Made by a program: the position numbers and the translations under genes. The notes under the pieces are model-generated. The model searched no databases and was not told where the DNA came from. It saw only the letters and a program-made list of their open reading frames with translations. Positions 9,158 through 19,056 of a stretch of 64,000 nt of DNA are shown piece by piece (position 1 is the first letter of the stretch; every line of letters begins with the position of its first letter). Source of the DNA: Bacteroidota bacterium (GTDB taxonomy: Bacteria; Bacteroidota; Bacteroidia; Chitinophagales; Chitinophagaceae); the NCBI GenBank assembly GCA_016868775.1, contig VGFT01000002.1, positions 195,830 to 259,829 of the forward strand, read 5' to 3'.

Positions 9158-10717
9158 ATGCCTTTTAATCATTTTCTGACCGTTTATCTGATCAGTATTT
9201 TATTGGTGCTGTTGCCGGCACCGGGTCTGGCCCGGTTATTTGTAAAAGCCGGACTCCCCGCCTGGAAAGCCTACATCCCCTTTTATAATACCTGGTTGAT
9301 TCAGCAATTGAATAACCGTCCAAAACACTGGGTTTTCTGGCAATTCATACCCATTATCGGCTGGTTCGTAACACCGGGCATTTACATCGAATTTGCCAAG
9401 GTATTCGGACGGTTCTCCGTAGGGGATCACATGGGTGCGAGTTTACTGGCACCTTTTTATTTTCCTTGGTTGGCCTACAAAAAACAGCCCGTTTTTATTG
9501 GTGCGGAAAAGGTGAAAAAGCACGTTAAAAAAAGTTGGCGGGAGTGGTACGATGCTGCCATTTTTGCGATCGTAGCCGCCACCCTGATCCGAACCTTTGT
9601 TTTTGAGGCGTACACCATTCCCTCAGGCTCTATGGAGAAAAGTCTGCTGGTAAACGATTTTCTATTTGTGAGCAAGTTCAGCTACGGTCCCCGAATCCCC
9701 AACACGCCCTTATCTTTTCCCTTCGTACACAATTATATGCCCTTTGGCTCCAGTAAAAAGTCATACCTATCCGCGGTGCAGATCCCTTACATCCGTTGGT
9801 TTCGTTCGCCCGTAGAGCGGTTGGATGCAGTGGTTTTTAATTTTCCTGCCGGCGATACGGTTATTAATAAGCCAGACTATCAGTCATTCCGGGAATTTCA
9901 AGGACTTTGCCGGGAATTGGGTAACGGGGATGTAGCCGCAGGCAGACAGTTCATTCTCCAGAATCCTGAAGAGTACCCCTTGGCGGTACATCCAGTGGAT
10001 AAGACCGACAATTACATCAAACGCTGTGTCGCCATTGCCGGGGATACCTTGGAAATAAAATCAGGGGATGTTTACATAAACGGCAGCAAGCAAAAGCCGC
10101 CTCCCTTCTCGGTTATGGATTATGTAGCAACCACCGACGGCAGCGCTCCCCGAACCGACATACTGGAAACAGATTTTGGAATGGAACAAGGAGAAGATTT
10201 TTACCAAAGTGGACCCAATCAGGTTATTTTCCAAAATCTGCCGGCCCAAACGTTGGATAAGATTATAGCGGATAAGCTTTTCATACAAATACAGCCCCGC
10301 GTTATTCATCCCGATTTTATAGATTTTAAGCAATTGCCCAACCTGACCTTTCCGTACGACACCCTCCAGTACAGGTGGACCGTAGATTACTTCGGCCCAA
10401 TCTGGATTCCTCAAAAAGGAGCGACCCTCACGTTAAATGCAAAAAATTATCCGCTCTATGAACGGGCCATTCGGGTCTATGAAAAAAACAACTTAGAACG
10501 TCAAGGCGATCGGTTTCTATTGAATGGCAAAGAGGTGACCACTTACACGTTTAAAATGGACTACTACTGGATGATGGGAGATAATCGGCATGGCTCTCAA
10601 GACTCTCGATTTTGGGGTTTTGTACCCGAGGATCGAATCGTGGGGAAGGCCTCGTTGATTTGGTTCAGCTGGGAGAATGGTCCGCGTTGGAAACGCCTGT
10701 TCCGTTTCGTGAAATAA
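9158..10717 (+). CDS. lepB: Signal peptidase I with N-terminal multi-TM extension
   Basis: 'YTIPSGSME' catalytic Ser box, 'YIKRCV' Lys box, 'GDNRHGSQDSRFWGFVP'. TAGTTTTG box at 9135-9142. Confidence 0.93.
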   Translation: MPFNHFLTVYLISILLVLLPAPGLARLFVKAGLPAWKAYIPFYNTWLIQQLNNRPKHWVFWQFIPIIGWFVTPGIYIEFAKVFGRFSVGDHMGASLLAPFYFPWLAYKKQPVFIGAEKVKKHVKKSWREWYDAAIFAIVAATLIRTFVFEAYTIPSGSMEKSLLVNDFLFVSKFSYGPRIPNTPLSFPFVHNYMPFGSSKKSYLSAVQIPYIRWFRSPVERLDAVVFNFPAGDTVINKPDYQSFREFQGLCRELGNGDVAAGRQFILQNPEEYPLAVHPVDKTDNYIKRCVAIAGDTLEIKSGDVYINGSKQKPPPFSVMDYVATTDGSAPRTDILETDFGMEQGEDFYQSGPNQVIFQNLPAQTLDKIIADKLFIQIQPRVIHPDFIDFKQLPNLTFPYDTLQYRWTVDYFGPIWIPQKGATLTLNAKNYPLYERAIRVYEKNNLERQGDRFLLNGKEVTTYTFKMDYYWMMGDNRHGSQDSRFWGFVPEDRIVGKASLIWFSWENGPRWKRLFRFVK

Positions 10718-10735
10718 TATTCCTATCTTGTTCAC

Positions 10736-11221
10736 GTGATCAACCAGATTTCGTTTCAATACGAAGCGTGGCCCGATGACAGCACGTTGTCCGTTGCCGA
10801 TCGTGCTTTGCTTCAGGAAGCCCGTCAGGTTACCGCCCTTGCCTATGCACCATACTCCAATTTTTGGGTAGGGGCTGCAGCGCGGCTGGTTTCCGGCAAC
10901 ATCGTTCTGGGAACCAATCAGGAAAATGCTTCGTACCCCGTGGGTTCTTGTGCTGAACGTGTTTTGCTCGGTCATGCGGCCGTCCGCTTTCCGGAGGATC
11001 CCATCGAAACCCTGGCCATCAGCTATCATCCGAAGGATAAATCCAGCGCAGTACCCCTTTACCCCTGTGGCATGTGTCGACAGGTCTTACTGGAACACGA
11101 GATGCGCTTTCAGCGCCCCATCCGCCTGATCTTATCAGGAATGAGTGGACCGGTACACGTGGTAGACTCAGCCGAATCATTACTCCCCTTTGCCTTTACT
11201 GGGAAAGGACTGCGGAACTGA
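10736..11221 (+). CDS. cdd: Cytidine deaminase
   Basis: 'AYAPYSNFWVGAA', 'NQENASYP...CAER', 'PCGMCRQ' zinc motif; GTG start. Confidence 0.93.
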   Translation: MINQISFQYEAWPDDSTLSVADRALLQEARQVTALAYAPYSNFWVGAAARLVSGNIVLGTNQENASYPVGSCAERVLLGHAAVRFPEDPIETLAISYHPKDKSSAVPLYPCGMCRQVLLEHEMRFQRPIRLILSGMSGPVHVVDSAESLLPFAFTGKGLRN

Positions 11222-11260
11222 CCGCAGTTTTTTACTACCTTACCCCTACAACCACAGAAC

Positions 11261-12684
11261 ATGAAAGCTGATAAGCGATCAACCCAGTCGCGTAGAAAAT
11301 TTATTCGTCAAACAACACTAGCCGCTTCTGCATTTTTTATTCTTCCCCGTCACGTATTGGGAGGGGATTCATTCCACCCAGCGACAAATTAAATATAGCC
11401 GGTATTGGCGTTGGCGGAAAGGGAGCCGGCGATTTAATGGAGTTTGCAAAAAGTCCTTACGTCAATATCGTATCGCTTTGTGATGTGGATGATCGGCAGG
11501 CAGCCGGGGCAAGGAAAAAATATACGGGGGCCAGTTACTACCGAGATTTTCGTGTGATGTTGGATAAAGAAAAAAACACGATCGATGCCTGTTCCATCTC
11601 TACCCCGGATCATACACATGCAGTAGCAACCCTCGCCGCTATGCAACTGGGAAAACATGTCTTTACCCAAAAGCCCCTCACCCACAGCATCCATGAAGCC
11701 CGACAACTAACCGAAGCAGCCAATCGTTACAAGGTGGTTACTCAGATGGGCAACCAGGGGGGATCCGGTGACGGAGTCAGACAGGCAAAAGAAATGTACG
11801 AAGCCGGACTTATTGGAGAAGTAACAGAGGCCCATGCATGGACCAACCGACCTGTATGGCCGCAAGGAATTCCTACCCCTACGGGAAAATTTGATGTACC
11901 GACTGAATTGGACTGGAATCTTTGGCTCGGACCCGCTTCATTTATAGATTATAATCCGGCCTACCTGCCATTTAATTGGAGGGGATGGTGGGCATTTGGA
12001 ACAGGCGCTTTAGGGGATATGGCTTGTCATGTCATGGATCCGATTTTTCGATTGCTTCCCATCCAATATCCGGATTCGGCCGAGTGCAGTGTGGCAACGA
12101 TCTGGAAAGAGATGTGGAATGACACACAAAATCTGGATGCTTTTCCGCCTGCCACCATCGTTCATCTGAATTTTCCGCGAACCGATGGTCTCGGATCCAT
12201 TAAAGTTTCCTGGCACGATGGAGGCCTGCTTCCCCCTCGCCCCGAAGAACTACTCCCGGGCGAGCCCTTCGGCAGTTGGGATGGAGGGGTGCTACTGGTG
12301 GGTTCCAAGGGAAAAATCTTGCTTGATTGTTACGGGGCAAATCCAAGGCTACTTCCCACCCTGCGTATGAAAGAGCTTGACTTGAAACCCACCACACCCC
12401 GGGTTGTAGAAGGGCATTACTTGCAGTGGGTAAACGCCTGTCGAGCTGGATTTGGAAAGGCCACCACCAGTTCCCCTTTTGAGTATGCGGGACCATTTAC
12501 CGAGAGTATTCTTATCGGCAATTTGGCTATTCGAAGTTGGATGTTGAAGAACCCGGCGCTGAAAGGATGGGAGGATAAGTCTCTCGGCAGAAAAAAACTG
12601 ATTTGGCATGCACGTTCTATGCGAGTAACCAATTTTGATCCCGCCAATCAGTTTGTTCAACGGGAATACCGGCCCGGCTGGTAA
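11261..12684 (+). CDS. Gfo/Idh/MocA family oxidoreductase with Tat signal; 1-nt frameshift at about 11363-11366
   Basis: MKADKRSTQSRRKFIRQ...PRHVLGG, continuing in the -1 frame as GFIPPSDKLNIAGIGVGGKG; then 'STPDHTH', 'HVFTQKPLT', 'LGDMACH'. Confidence 0.85.
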
Positions 12685-12690
12685 GTAGCC

Positions 12691-13557
12691 TTAAGGCAAC
12701 CGCAACAGTTCACTTAATTGAGCGGCTAAAATCAAGTCGCCGCTTTCCTGTGCCTTTTGTGCTACTTTCCGCAGCCACCATTCAACCAGTTGTTTTGCGA
12801 AAAGGGGTTCAAAGAATGATTCCTCCAAAGGTTGATGAATTCGACGCATGTAGAGTTCAATCTCTGCTCGACCAAATAATTCACCTGTTTGTGGATCGAG
12901 ATAAAAATCGATGCTGTCAATCCCTTTCTTCTCCCGGGATTTGATCACATTGGGTGAACCTAGTACAAAAATGCCCGGTACTGATAAGGCATAAAGAGAG
13001 AGGTCTAGTTTTTCTGCTAAAATCTGAATTAAGAGCCCTAAGCCAACTTGATTTCCTATTCGGTTCGTTAAAATATCGCCGATGAAATGGCTTGCAATTT
13101 TTTCCCGCGCCGAGTCGATACCCTTAAAGCGCTCATGCTCGAATAAAACTCGACTGAGTACATTCATCTGTTCCAGCGGCGTTAAGTATTGGTTGAGCTC
13201 CAACCACGCATTTCGTCGAAGCTGCTCCATTGATTGCCGAAGGATTTCAGTTCTGTCCTCCCGATGATAAAGCTGATCCAAAATCAATAAGCCTTCCCAT
13301 AGGTCGGGACTGCTCTGTTGTCTCCAATATTGATAACGCTGGGCAATTTCTAGGTATTGTATCCGTCGAATAATCGATTCCACCCGAACCTGCTGGTCTG
13401 CTTGTTCCGCTGTTTCCCATACATGCTCGAGTTGAGGAATGGCACGGTAGCCGTATTGCACAATTCGATTGAAAACCGGCTCAAAAACATTTTCATCCGG
13501 GTCGTCCAATAAACGAATCAAGGCGAACAATTCCGGGTCGTTAACAGTTGGAACCAT
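12691..13557 (-). CDS. Transglutaminase-like / SirB1-family protein
   Basis: 'ALIRLLDDPDENVF', 'ELNQYLTPLEQMNVLSRVLF', 'RIGNQVGLGLL' fit the Bacteroidota transglut_core2 family that follows topA. Confidence 0.7.
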   Translation of the reverse strand: MVPTVNDPELFALIRLLDDPDENVFEPVFNRIVQYGYRAIPQLEHVWETAEQADQQVRVESIIRRIQYLEIAQRYQYWRQQSSPDLWEGLLILDQLYHREDRTEILRQSMEQLRRNAWLELNQYLTPLEQMNVLSRVLFEHERFKGIDSAREKIASHFIGDILTNRIGNQVGLGLLIQILAEKLDLSLYALSVPGIFVLGSPNVIKSREKKGIDSIDFYLDPQTGELFGRAEIELYMRRIHQPLEESFFEPLFAKQLVEWWLRKVAQKAQESGDLILAAQLSELLRLP

Positions 13558-13620
13558 GCGCACAATATGCACTCGAAACACCAAACCACCTTTGGATTTC
13601 TATCCACAACTGTTGAAAAG

Positions 13621-16242
13621 CTATTTGCGCTTTTTCGGTGTGGCCTTTTTGGCAGATTTCTTGGAAGTCGACTTAGACGCGGTTTTTACGGATGCAGTTT
13701 TGGTGGCGGCAGATTTCTTGGCGGGGGACTTTGTCTTTTGCTTGGACTTGAATGCTCCCGGTATAGCCGCCTCAATGAATGATTTCACCTCCTCGAGCGT
13801 AAAAGCAGCGGCTTCCTCCGCGGAATAACGGTTGTTGTCTGCTTTCTTGGGGACGGGAATGACTTTCTTTCCGTATTTGATCAGCGGTCCCCAGCGACCA
13901 TTTTCTAAATTGATCTTCTCCTCGGGCCACCGTTGAATGTATCGATTCTCCTCTTTCTTGATCTTCGCTTCGATGAGTTCATGCATCTCGGCGGCCGATA
14001 GCTTTTGAAAAATATATTTCTTAGGAACGTTGATGAACAGTCCGTCCCATTTCAAGTAAGGGCCGAATCGCCCGGTGCCTTTGGTGATCGGTTTCTGTTG
14101 GAATTCACCCACCGGTGCATCTGCTTTCTGTTTGTCCTGAATGACCTTGATAGCAGCTGTTAAGTCAACCTGCGATAGATCCGTACCCTTCGGAAGCGAA
14201 ATGAAATCTTCCCCCCATTTGACATAGGGGCCAAACCTTCCTACATTGACCAACACATCTTTTTCCTCATATTGTCCCATTACGCCTTGTGCTCCAAATA
14301 AATTCAAGGCTTCTTCGAAGCTGATGGTTTCGATGCTTTGTCCGGTTGGTATCTTGGCAAAACGGGGTTTCTCTTCCTCTTCTGCACTTCCGATCTGGAT
14401 CATTGCTCCATAGCGACCCATCCGGGCAACGACCGGTTTGCCGGATTTGGGATCGGTGCCCAATACCCGCTCGCCCTTGATCCGCTCAGCGGTCTCAATG
14501 GTCTGCTCCACTTCTTTCTTGAAAGGCTGATAAAACTCCTGGATCATCTTGCTCCACTTCCGTTTTCCTTCAGCCACTTCATCGAATTCATTCTCAATGG
14601 AGGCCGTAAACCCGTAATCCATGATCTGATGGAAATACTGTTTAAGAAAATCCGTGACCACCAGTCCCAGATCCGAAGGAAAGAGCTTCGATTTCTCCGT
14701 ACCAGTGTTCTCAAATTCAGTAACCGTGGTCAGTTTATCTTTTTTCAAGGTCAACACCTGATAGGCACGTTGTATTCCTTCCTTGTCACGCTTCTCCACA
14801 TATCCTCGTTTCAGGATGGTGGAGATCGTGGGGGCATAGGTAGAGGGGCGGCCGATACCGAGTTGCTCTAATTTTTTTACCAGGGACGCCTCGGTGTAGC
14901 GGGGGAGGGGGCGCGAAAAACGCTCCACCGCCTGCAGTTGCGTGAGGGTGAGCGATTGACCTTTTTTCATCGGCGGCAAAATTCCATCCGGACGATCCTC
15001 GCTTTCCTCTTCGTCTTTGCCTTCCATATATACTTTCAAAAATCCATCGAATTTCAATACCTCTCCGGTAGCCGACAGCGATTCTTTGTTGGTAGAGATC
15101 TCAATGTCAACCGATGTTTTTTCCAGTTCCGCATCCGCCATCTGACATGCCATGGTGCGTTTCCAAATCAATTCATAAAGCCGGGCCCACTCGGCTTCGG
15201 CAACCCGGGGGGTGCTCATGTAAGTGGGACGAATGGCCTCATGCGCCTCCTGTGCGCTTTCATTCTTGTTATTGTATCTCCGGAATTGATGATACCGTTC
15301 CCCGTACATCGTCTTTACGGTCTGTGAAATATCAGCCAGGGCCGTCTTGCTCAAGTTTACGCTGTCGGTACGCATGTATGTGATGTATCCATTCTCATAC
15401 AACCGCTGCGCGATTTGCATGGTGCGCGAAACACTGTACCCCAGCTTTCGAGAGGCCTCCTGCTGTAAAGTAGAGGTCGTAAAGGGTGGGGCAGGAGAGC
15501 GCTTACCAGGCTTGACCTGGATATCGGTTACCTGATAAGAGGCGCCTTTACAACTTTCTAAGAATTTTTCCGCGGTACGCGCCGAGGGCTGTTTTTTCCC
15601 CTCCGCCGTGAACGCGATCATTCTTTTTTCTGCATCCGGGGCTTGAAAACTACCCTCGATCTTAAACTGACTCTCCGCCAGAAAGGCATTGATCTCCCGC
15701 TCTCTCTCCGCGATCAACCGCACCGCAACACTCTGCACGCGACCAGCACTGAGGTTGTTTCGCATGCTCATTTTCCGCCAGAGTACCGGACTCAATTCAA
15801 ATCCCACAATGCGATCCAATACGCGACGCGCCTGTTGGGCCATTACCAAATTCATATCTACCCGACGCGGATTCGCTACGGCTGCCTGAATCGCCGGCTT
15901 GGTGATTTCATGAAATACAATCCGCTTGGTGGTTTTTGGATTCAACCCCAATACTTCACATAAATGCCAACTGATGGCCTCCCCCTCACGGTCCTCATCC
16001 GTTGCCAGCCAGACCTCCTTAGATTTCTTGGCAAGTGATCTTAATTCACCAACCACTTTTTCCTTGTCGGCCGATACAATATAACGGGGCTCAAACTGTT
16101 TGTCGACATCAATACCCATGCCGGCCTTTTCCAGATCACGGATGTGTCCAAAACAACTTTTTACCTGAAAATCAGTGCCTAATATCTTCTCGATGGTTTT
16201 GGCTTTAGCCGGACTCTCAACGATCAATAAGTTTTTAGCCAT
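13621..16242 (-). CDS. topA: DNA topoisomerase I
   Basis: 'NLLIVESPAKAKTI', 'LATDEDREGEAI', 'SAGRVQS', 'ITYMRTDS' (catalytic Tyr), Topo-C repeats 'GRFGPY'. Confidence 0.98.
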   Translation of the reverse strand: MAKNLLIVESPAKAKTIEKILGTDFQVKSCFGHIRDLEKAGMGIDVDKQFEPRYIVSADKEKVVGELRSLAKKSKEVWLATDEDREGEAISWHLCEVLGLNPKTTKRIVFHEITKPAIQAAVANPRRVDMNLVMAQQARRVLDRIVGFELSPVLWRKMSMRNNLSAGRVQSVAVRLIAEREREINAFLAESQFKIEGSFQAPDAEKRMIAFTAEGKKQPSARTAEKFLESCKGASYQVTDIQVKPGKRSPAPPFTTSTLQQEASRKLGYSVSRTMQIAQRLYENGYITYMRTDSVNLSKTALADISQTVKTMYGERYHQFRRYNNKNESAQEAHEAIRPTYMSTPRVAEAEWARLYELIWKRTMACQMADAELEKTSVDIEISTNKESLSATGEVLKFDGFLKVYMEGKDEEESEDRPDGILPPMKKGQSLTLTQLQAVERFSRPLPRYTEASLVKKLEQLGIGRPSTYAPTISTILKRGYVEKRDKEGIQRAYQVLTLKKDKLTTVTEFENTGTEKSKLFPSDLGLVVTDFLKQYFHQIMDYGFTASIENEFDEVAEGKRKWSKMIQEFYQPFKKEVEQTIETAERIKGERVLGTDPKSGKPVVARMGRYGAMIQIGSAEEEEKPRFAKIPTGQSIETISFEEALNLFGAQGVMGQYEEKDVLVNVGRFGPYVKWGEDFISLPKGTDLSQVDLTAAIKVIQDKQKADAPVGEFQQKPITKGTGRFGPYLKWDGLFINVPKKYIFQKLSAAEMHELIEAKIKKEENRYIQRWPEEKINLENGRWGPLIKYGKKVIPVPKKADNNRYSAEEAAAFTLEEVKSFIEAAIPGAFKSKQKTKSPAKKSAATKTASVKTASKSTSKKSAKKATPKKRK

Positions 16243-16257
16243 GGGGGACTTTGTAGT

Positions 16258-16279
16258 AAAAAAACCGCGTTTACGCGGT
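16258..16279 (-). terminator. Intrinsic terminator-like hairpin overlapping the topA promoter
   Basis: Minus strand ACCGCG-TAAA-CGCGGT followed by T7 (overlapping the stem's last base); it begins 1 nt after the TAACTTGC box at 16288-16281. Confidence 0.65.
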
Positions 16280-16354
16280 CGCAAGTTAGAGCAAGATTAG
16301 GAAATTTTCCACCAACGGGAATTTTCTCGCGTTTTCGGATGAAATCTTTGCAGG

Positions 16355-16984
16355 CTAAAACCCGATCAATCTACTGGATTTCAGACTGCTCCAAACCCGT
16401 TTGGCCCAATGAAAATAGTCAATCCCGGAAGGATGCAACCCATCTGTGGTGATCAGCTCCGGACGGTTCTTCGCCTCCCGGGTAAGGTCTGTAATATATA
16501 TATAATGTATGCCCGCCCGTTCGCAAATCGACTTCTTCTCCTCGTTGAATAGATCAATCTGCCGAGATATTTCCTCCCGATCCCGATCTGCCGCAAAAGG
16601 CGTAATGCCCCAATCTGGGATCGACAAGACCCGAATCCGTTCCGGATTATTTCCGGCATAATGTACGGCCCGCTTCAAGAGATCCTGAAATTGAACAGCG
16701 AATTCGGAAACCGAGCGGCCCCGGTATTGATTGTTCACACCGATCAGTAAGGTTACCAGGTCTTGATCACAGGCGATCGGATCGATCTTTTCCGCTTCCT
16801 CAATCGCGCGGATCAACTCGTCGGTGGTCCACCCCGTTTTCGCGATCACCCGCCACTGCTCCACCGGGTGACCGGCGGACCGAAGAAGCGAAACCAACTG
16901 TCCCGGAAAACTTTCTTCCGTCCGAACGGCCTCTCCGATGGTGTAGGAATCGCCAAGCGCCAGGTATTTTTGGATGGGGTTCAT
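16355..16984 (-). CDS. SGNH/GDSL hydrolase
   Basis: 'LALGDSYTIGE', 'TGWTT', 'LLIGVNNQY', 'DGLHPS'. Confidence 0.92.
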   Translation of the reverse strand: MNPIQKYLALGDSYTIGEAVRTEESFPGQLVSLLRSAGHPVEQWRVIAKTGWTTDELIRAIEEAEKIDPIACDQDLVTLLIGVNNQYRGRSVSEFAVQFQDLLKRAVHYAGNNPERIRVLSIPDWGITPFAADRDREEISRQIDLFNEEKKSICERAGIHYIYITDLTREAKNRPELITTDGLHPSGIDYFHWAKRVWSSLKSSRLIGF

Positions 16985-17823
16985 TTGACAGCGTAGCCGG
17001 AAGTTAAAAAATCAACGATTTCCCGGCAAACTTCTGCATCGCGGTAAATGCGCCGATGTCCCAGTCCCGCTGTGATACGAAACCGCACCTGCCCCGAAAT
17101 GCTTTGTTGTGTAGGCAAAATATCCGCATACGGGGTTACGTCATCTTGTTGATCGTGTATCCAAAGGATCGGGTTGTTCAGCCCGCCGACCACACGGTTA
17201 ACGGAGAACCAATCGATGGTTCTTCCGCTTCTTTTTTTAATGGCCTCTCCGATGCGCGTCATGATACGGGGGGACAATCGCAAAGTGGATTGCAGTTGCT
17301 TCAAGGCCGATCGGGTTTCGGTAGCGGGAGCAATCAATACAACCCGGTCACTTGTACGGGGCGGTTGCTCCTCCAATGCCAGGCAAAGGGACAAACCGCC
17401 AAACGAATGGGCAACATATCCGTCAAAAGGTCCCCACTGCTGCCGTATCTCCTGAATGAATTTTCGGTATCGGAGTGAGTGGATCTGTTTGCCTTCACTA
17501 TCTCCGTGAGCAGGGGCATCGAATGCGATTACTTCCGTCTCTTTGTTAACCAAGGGCTCGATCAAGTGCGCGAAGTTTCGGGCAGAAGAAGAAAAGCCAT
17601 GCAGGATCAAAATCCGCTTTTTCCCACCCGCGTTCCATCGCCAACCCACACAAGTATCGCCCGATTCTTGCCAGCTCAGGCGCTCTGCCCGTTCAAAAAC
17701 CGGAGGCAATGGTTTTTGATTACGTGCCTGTGGGGTGATAAATAGGGTGAAGGCTTGCTTAGCAGCCCAACCCGGCCAGAGCCAGGTACCCAGCCGAAAC
17801 CAGATCTGATAAAAGGTTAACAC
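16981..17823 (-). CDS. Alpha/beta hydrolase
   Basis: 'LILHGFSS', 'FDAPAHG', 'AHSFGG' nucleophile elbow, 'HDQQD', 'GLGH'; GTG start. Confidence 0.9.
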   Translation of the reverse strand: MLTFYQIWFRLGTWLWPGWAAKQAFTLFITPQARNQKPLPPVFERAERLSWQESGDTCVGWRWNAGGKKRILILHGFSSSARNFAHLIEPLVNKETEVIAFDAPAHGDSEGKQIHSLRYRKFIQEIRQQWGPFDGYVAHSFGGLSLCLALEEQPPRTSDRVVLIAPATETRSALKQLQSTLRLSPRIMTRIGEAIKKRSGRTIDWFSVNRVVGGLNNPILWIHDQQDDVTPYADILPTQQSISGQVRFRITAGLGHRRIYRDAEVCREIVDFLTSGYAVK

Positions 17824-17906
17824 GGCGCAAAGTTACCATCCCTGCAACCATTTAACCGATGCATTGTTTTTGTACTTTTGCGGCCCGCGACTACCAATCT
17901 TTTATT

Positions 17907-18242
17907 ATGTACAAGATCACCTATCAATTTGAGCAGCCCGGTTTGGAACCCCGGATCTTATCGGGCGTGGAACCCGGACAAAGTTTGCTGGAAGTAGCGC
18001 TCAAAAACGATATCGAACTGCATCACAACTGCGGAGGTGTTTGTGCCTGCAGTACCTGCCATCTCTATGTTCAACAAGGTGAAAAACACCTGGAGGAATT
18101 GAGTGATAAGGAAGAAGACTTTATTGACCGTGCGGTCAACCCTCGCCTCAAATCCCGCCTGGGCTGTCAATGCCTGTTGCTGGAAGGCTCCGGAGAGATT
18201 GTCGTTACCTTGCCCGATCAAACCCAATTCTTGGGTGAATAA
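17907..18242 (+). CDS. fdx: 2Fe-2S ferredoxin (ISC/adrenodoxin type)
   Basis: 'HNCGGVCACSTCH' and 'SRLGCQC' motifs. Confidence 0.93.
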   Translation: MYKITYQFEQPGLEPRILSGVEPGQSLLEVALKNDIELHHNCGGVCACSTCHLYVQQGEKHLEELSDKEEDFIDRAVNPRLKSRLGCQCLLLEGSGEIVVTLPDQTQFLGE

Positions 18243-18251
18243 AAAAATCCT

Positions 18252-18491
18252 ATGGCACATTTTGAACCACCCATACATTGGTCCGATCACGAAGACATCG
18301 CCCTCAAACTCTATGAGCGTTTTGGCGACGAATTCAACGAAGGCAAAATTTATCGCATTCGGTTCACCGACTTGCTCGAATGGGTATTGCAAATTCCCGG
18401 TTTTGCCGGTACCCGCGAGCAAAGCACAGAGGGACACCTGGAGATGATCCAGAGTGCCTGGGTCTACGAGTGGCGCGACAACCAACCCTAA
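18252..18491 (+). CDS. iscX: Fe-S cluster assembly protein IscX
   Basis: 'WSDHEDIALKL', 'IRFTDL', 'HLEMIQSAW' IscX pattern; directly after fdx. Confidence 0.9.
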   Translation: MAHFEPPIHWSDHEDIALKLYERFGDEFNEGKIYRIRFTDLLEWVLQIPGFAGTREQSTEGHLEMIQSAWVYEWRDNQP

Positions 18492-18522
18492 CTCCGCCCC
18501 CTTCTGTATCTTTAGCTCCAGT

Positions 18523-19053
18523 ATGATGAGCCCTGCCCAGCCCGTAGCCTTTGCGCTGATTCGCCATTTCATTTTTGATATCGATGGCGTGTTGACCGAT
18601 GGAACAGTCTATGTCATGCCAGGTGGTGAACAGGTCCGTCGCATGAACATCAAAGACGGCTATGCTATTCAATTGGCTGATAAAATGGGCTATTCCCTGC
18701 TGATCGTGTCCGGAAGTGCTCCTTCAGCAGTGGCCGATCGGTTGGGTAAACTTGGACTCGACGCGATACATTTCTCCGTTTCCGATAAAGCAGACTTTAT
18801 TTCAACCCACATGCAACAAGCGTGTTGGGATCCCAAACACACACTATACATGGGCGATGACCTGCCCGATCTTTCGGCTATGATGGTGGTGGGACTATCC
18901 GCTTGTCCATCCGACGCCGCAAGCGAGCTTCGCGCGGTAGCCAATTACATCTCTCCCTACGGAGGCGGGAGGGGATGCGTGCGCGATGTGATCGAACAAG
19001 TACTACGATCCAATAATCATTGGATTCATTCTTCCGACATCCGATCCCGTTAA
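18523..19053 (+). CDS. kdsC: KdsC/YrbI-family HAD phosphatase
   Basis: 'FDIDGVLTDG', 'NIKDG', 'YMGDDLPD', 'GGRGCVRDVIEQVL'. Confidence 0.85.
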   Translation: MMSPAQPVAFALIRHFIFDIDGVLTDGTVYVMPGGEQVRRMNIKDGYAIQLADKMGYSLLIVSGSAPSAVADRLGKLGLDAIHFSVSDKADFISTHMQQACWDPKHTLYMGDDLPDLSAMMVVGLSACPSDAASELRAVANYISPYGGGRGCVRDVIEQVLRSNNHWIHSSDIRSR

Positions 19054-19056
19054 GCC

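Noticed and set aside
17958-18672. 204-aa and 102-aa minus-strand ORFs over fdx-iscX
   Set aside because: Antisense shadows of recognisable genes.
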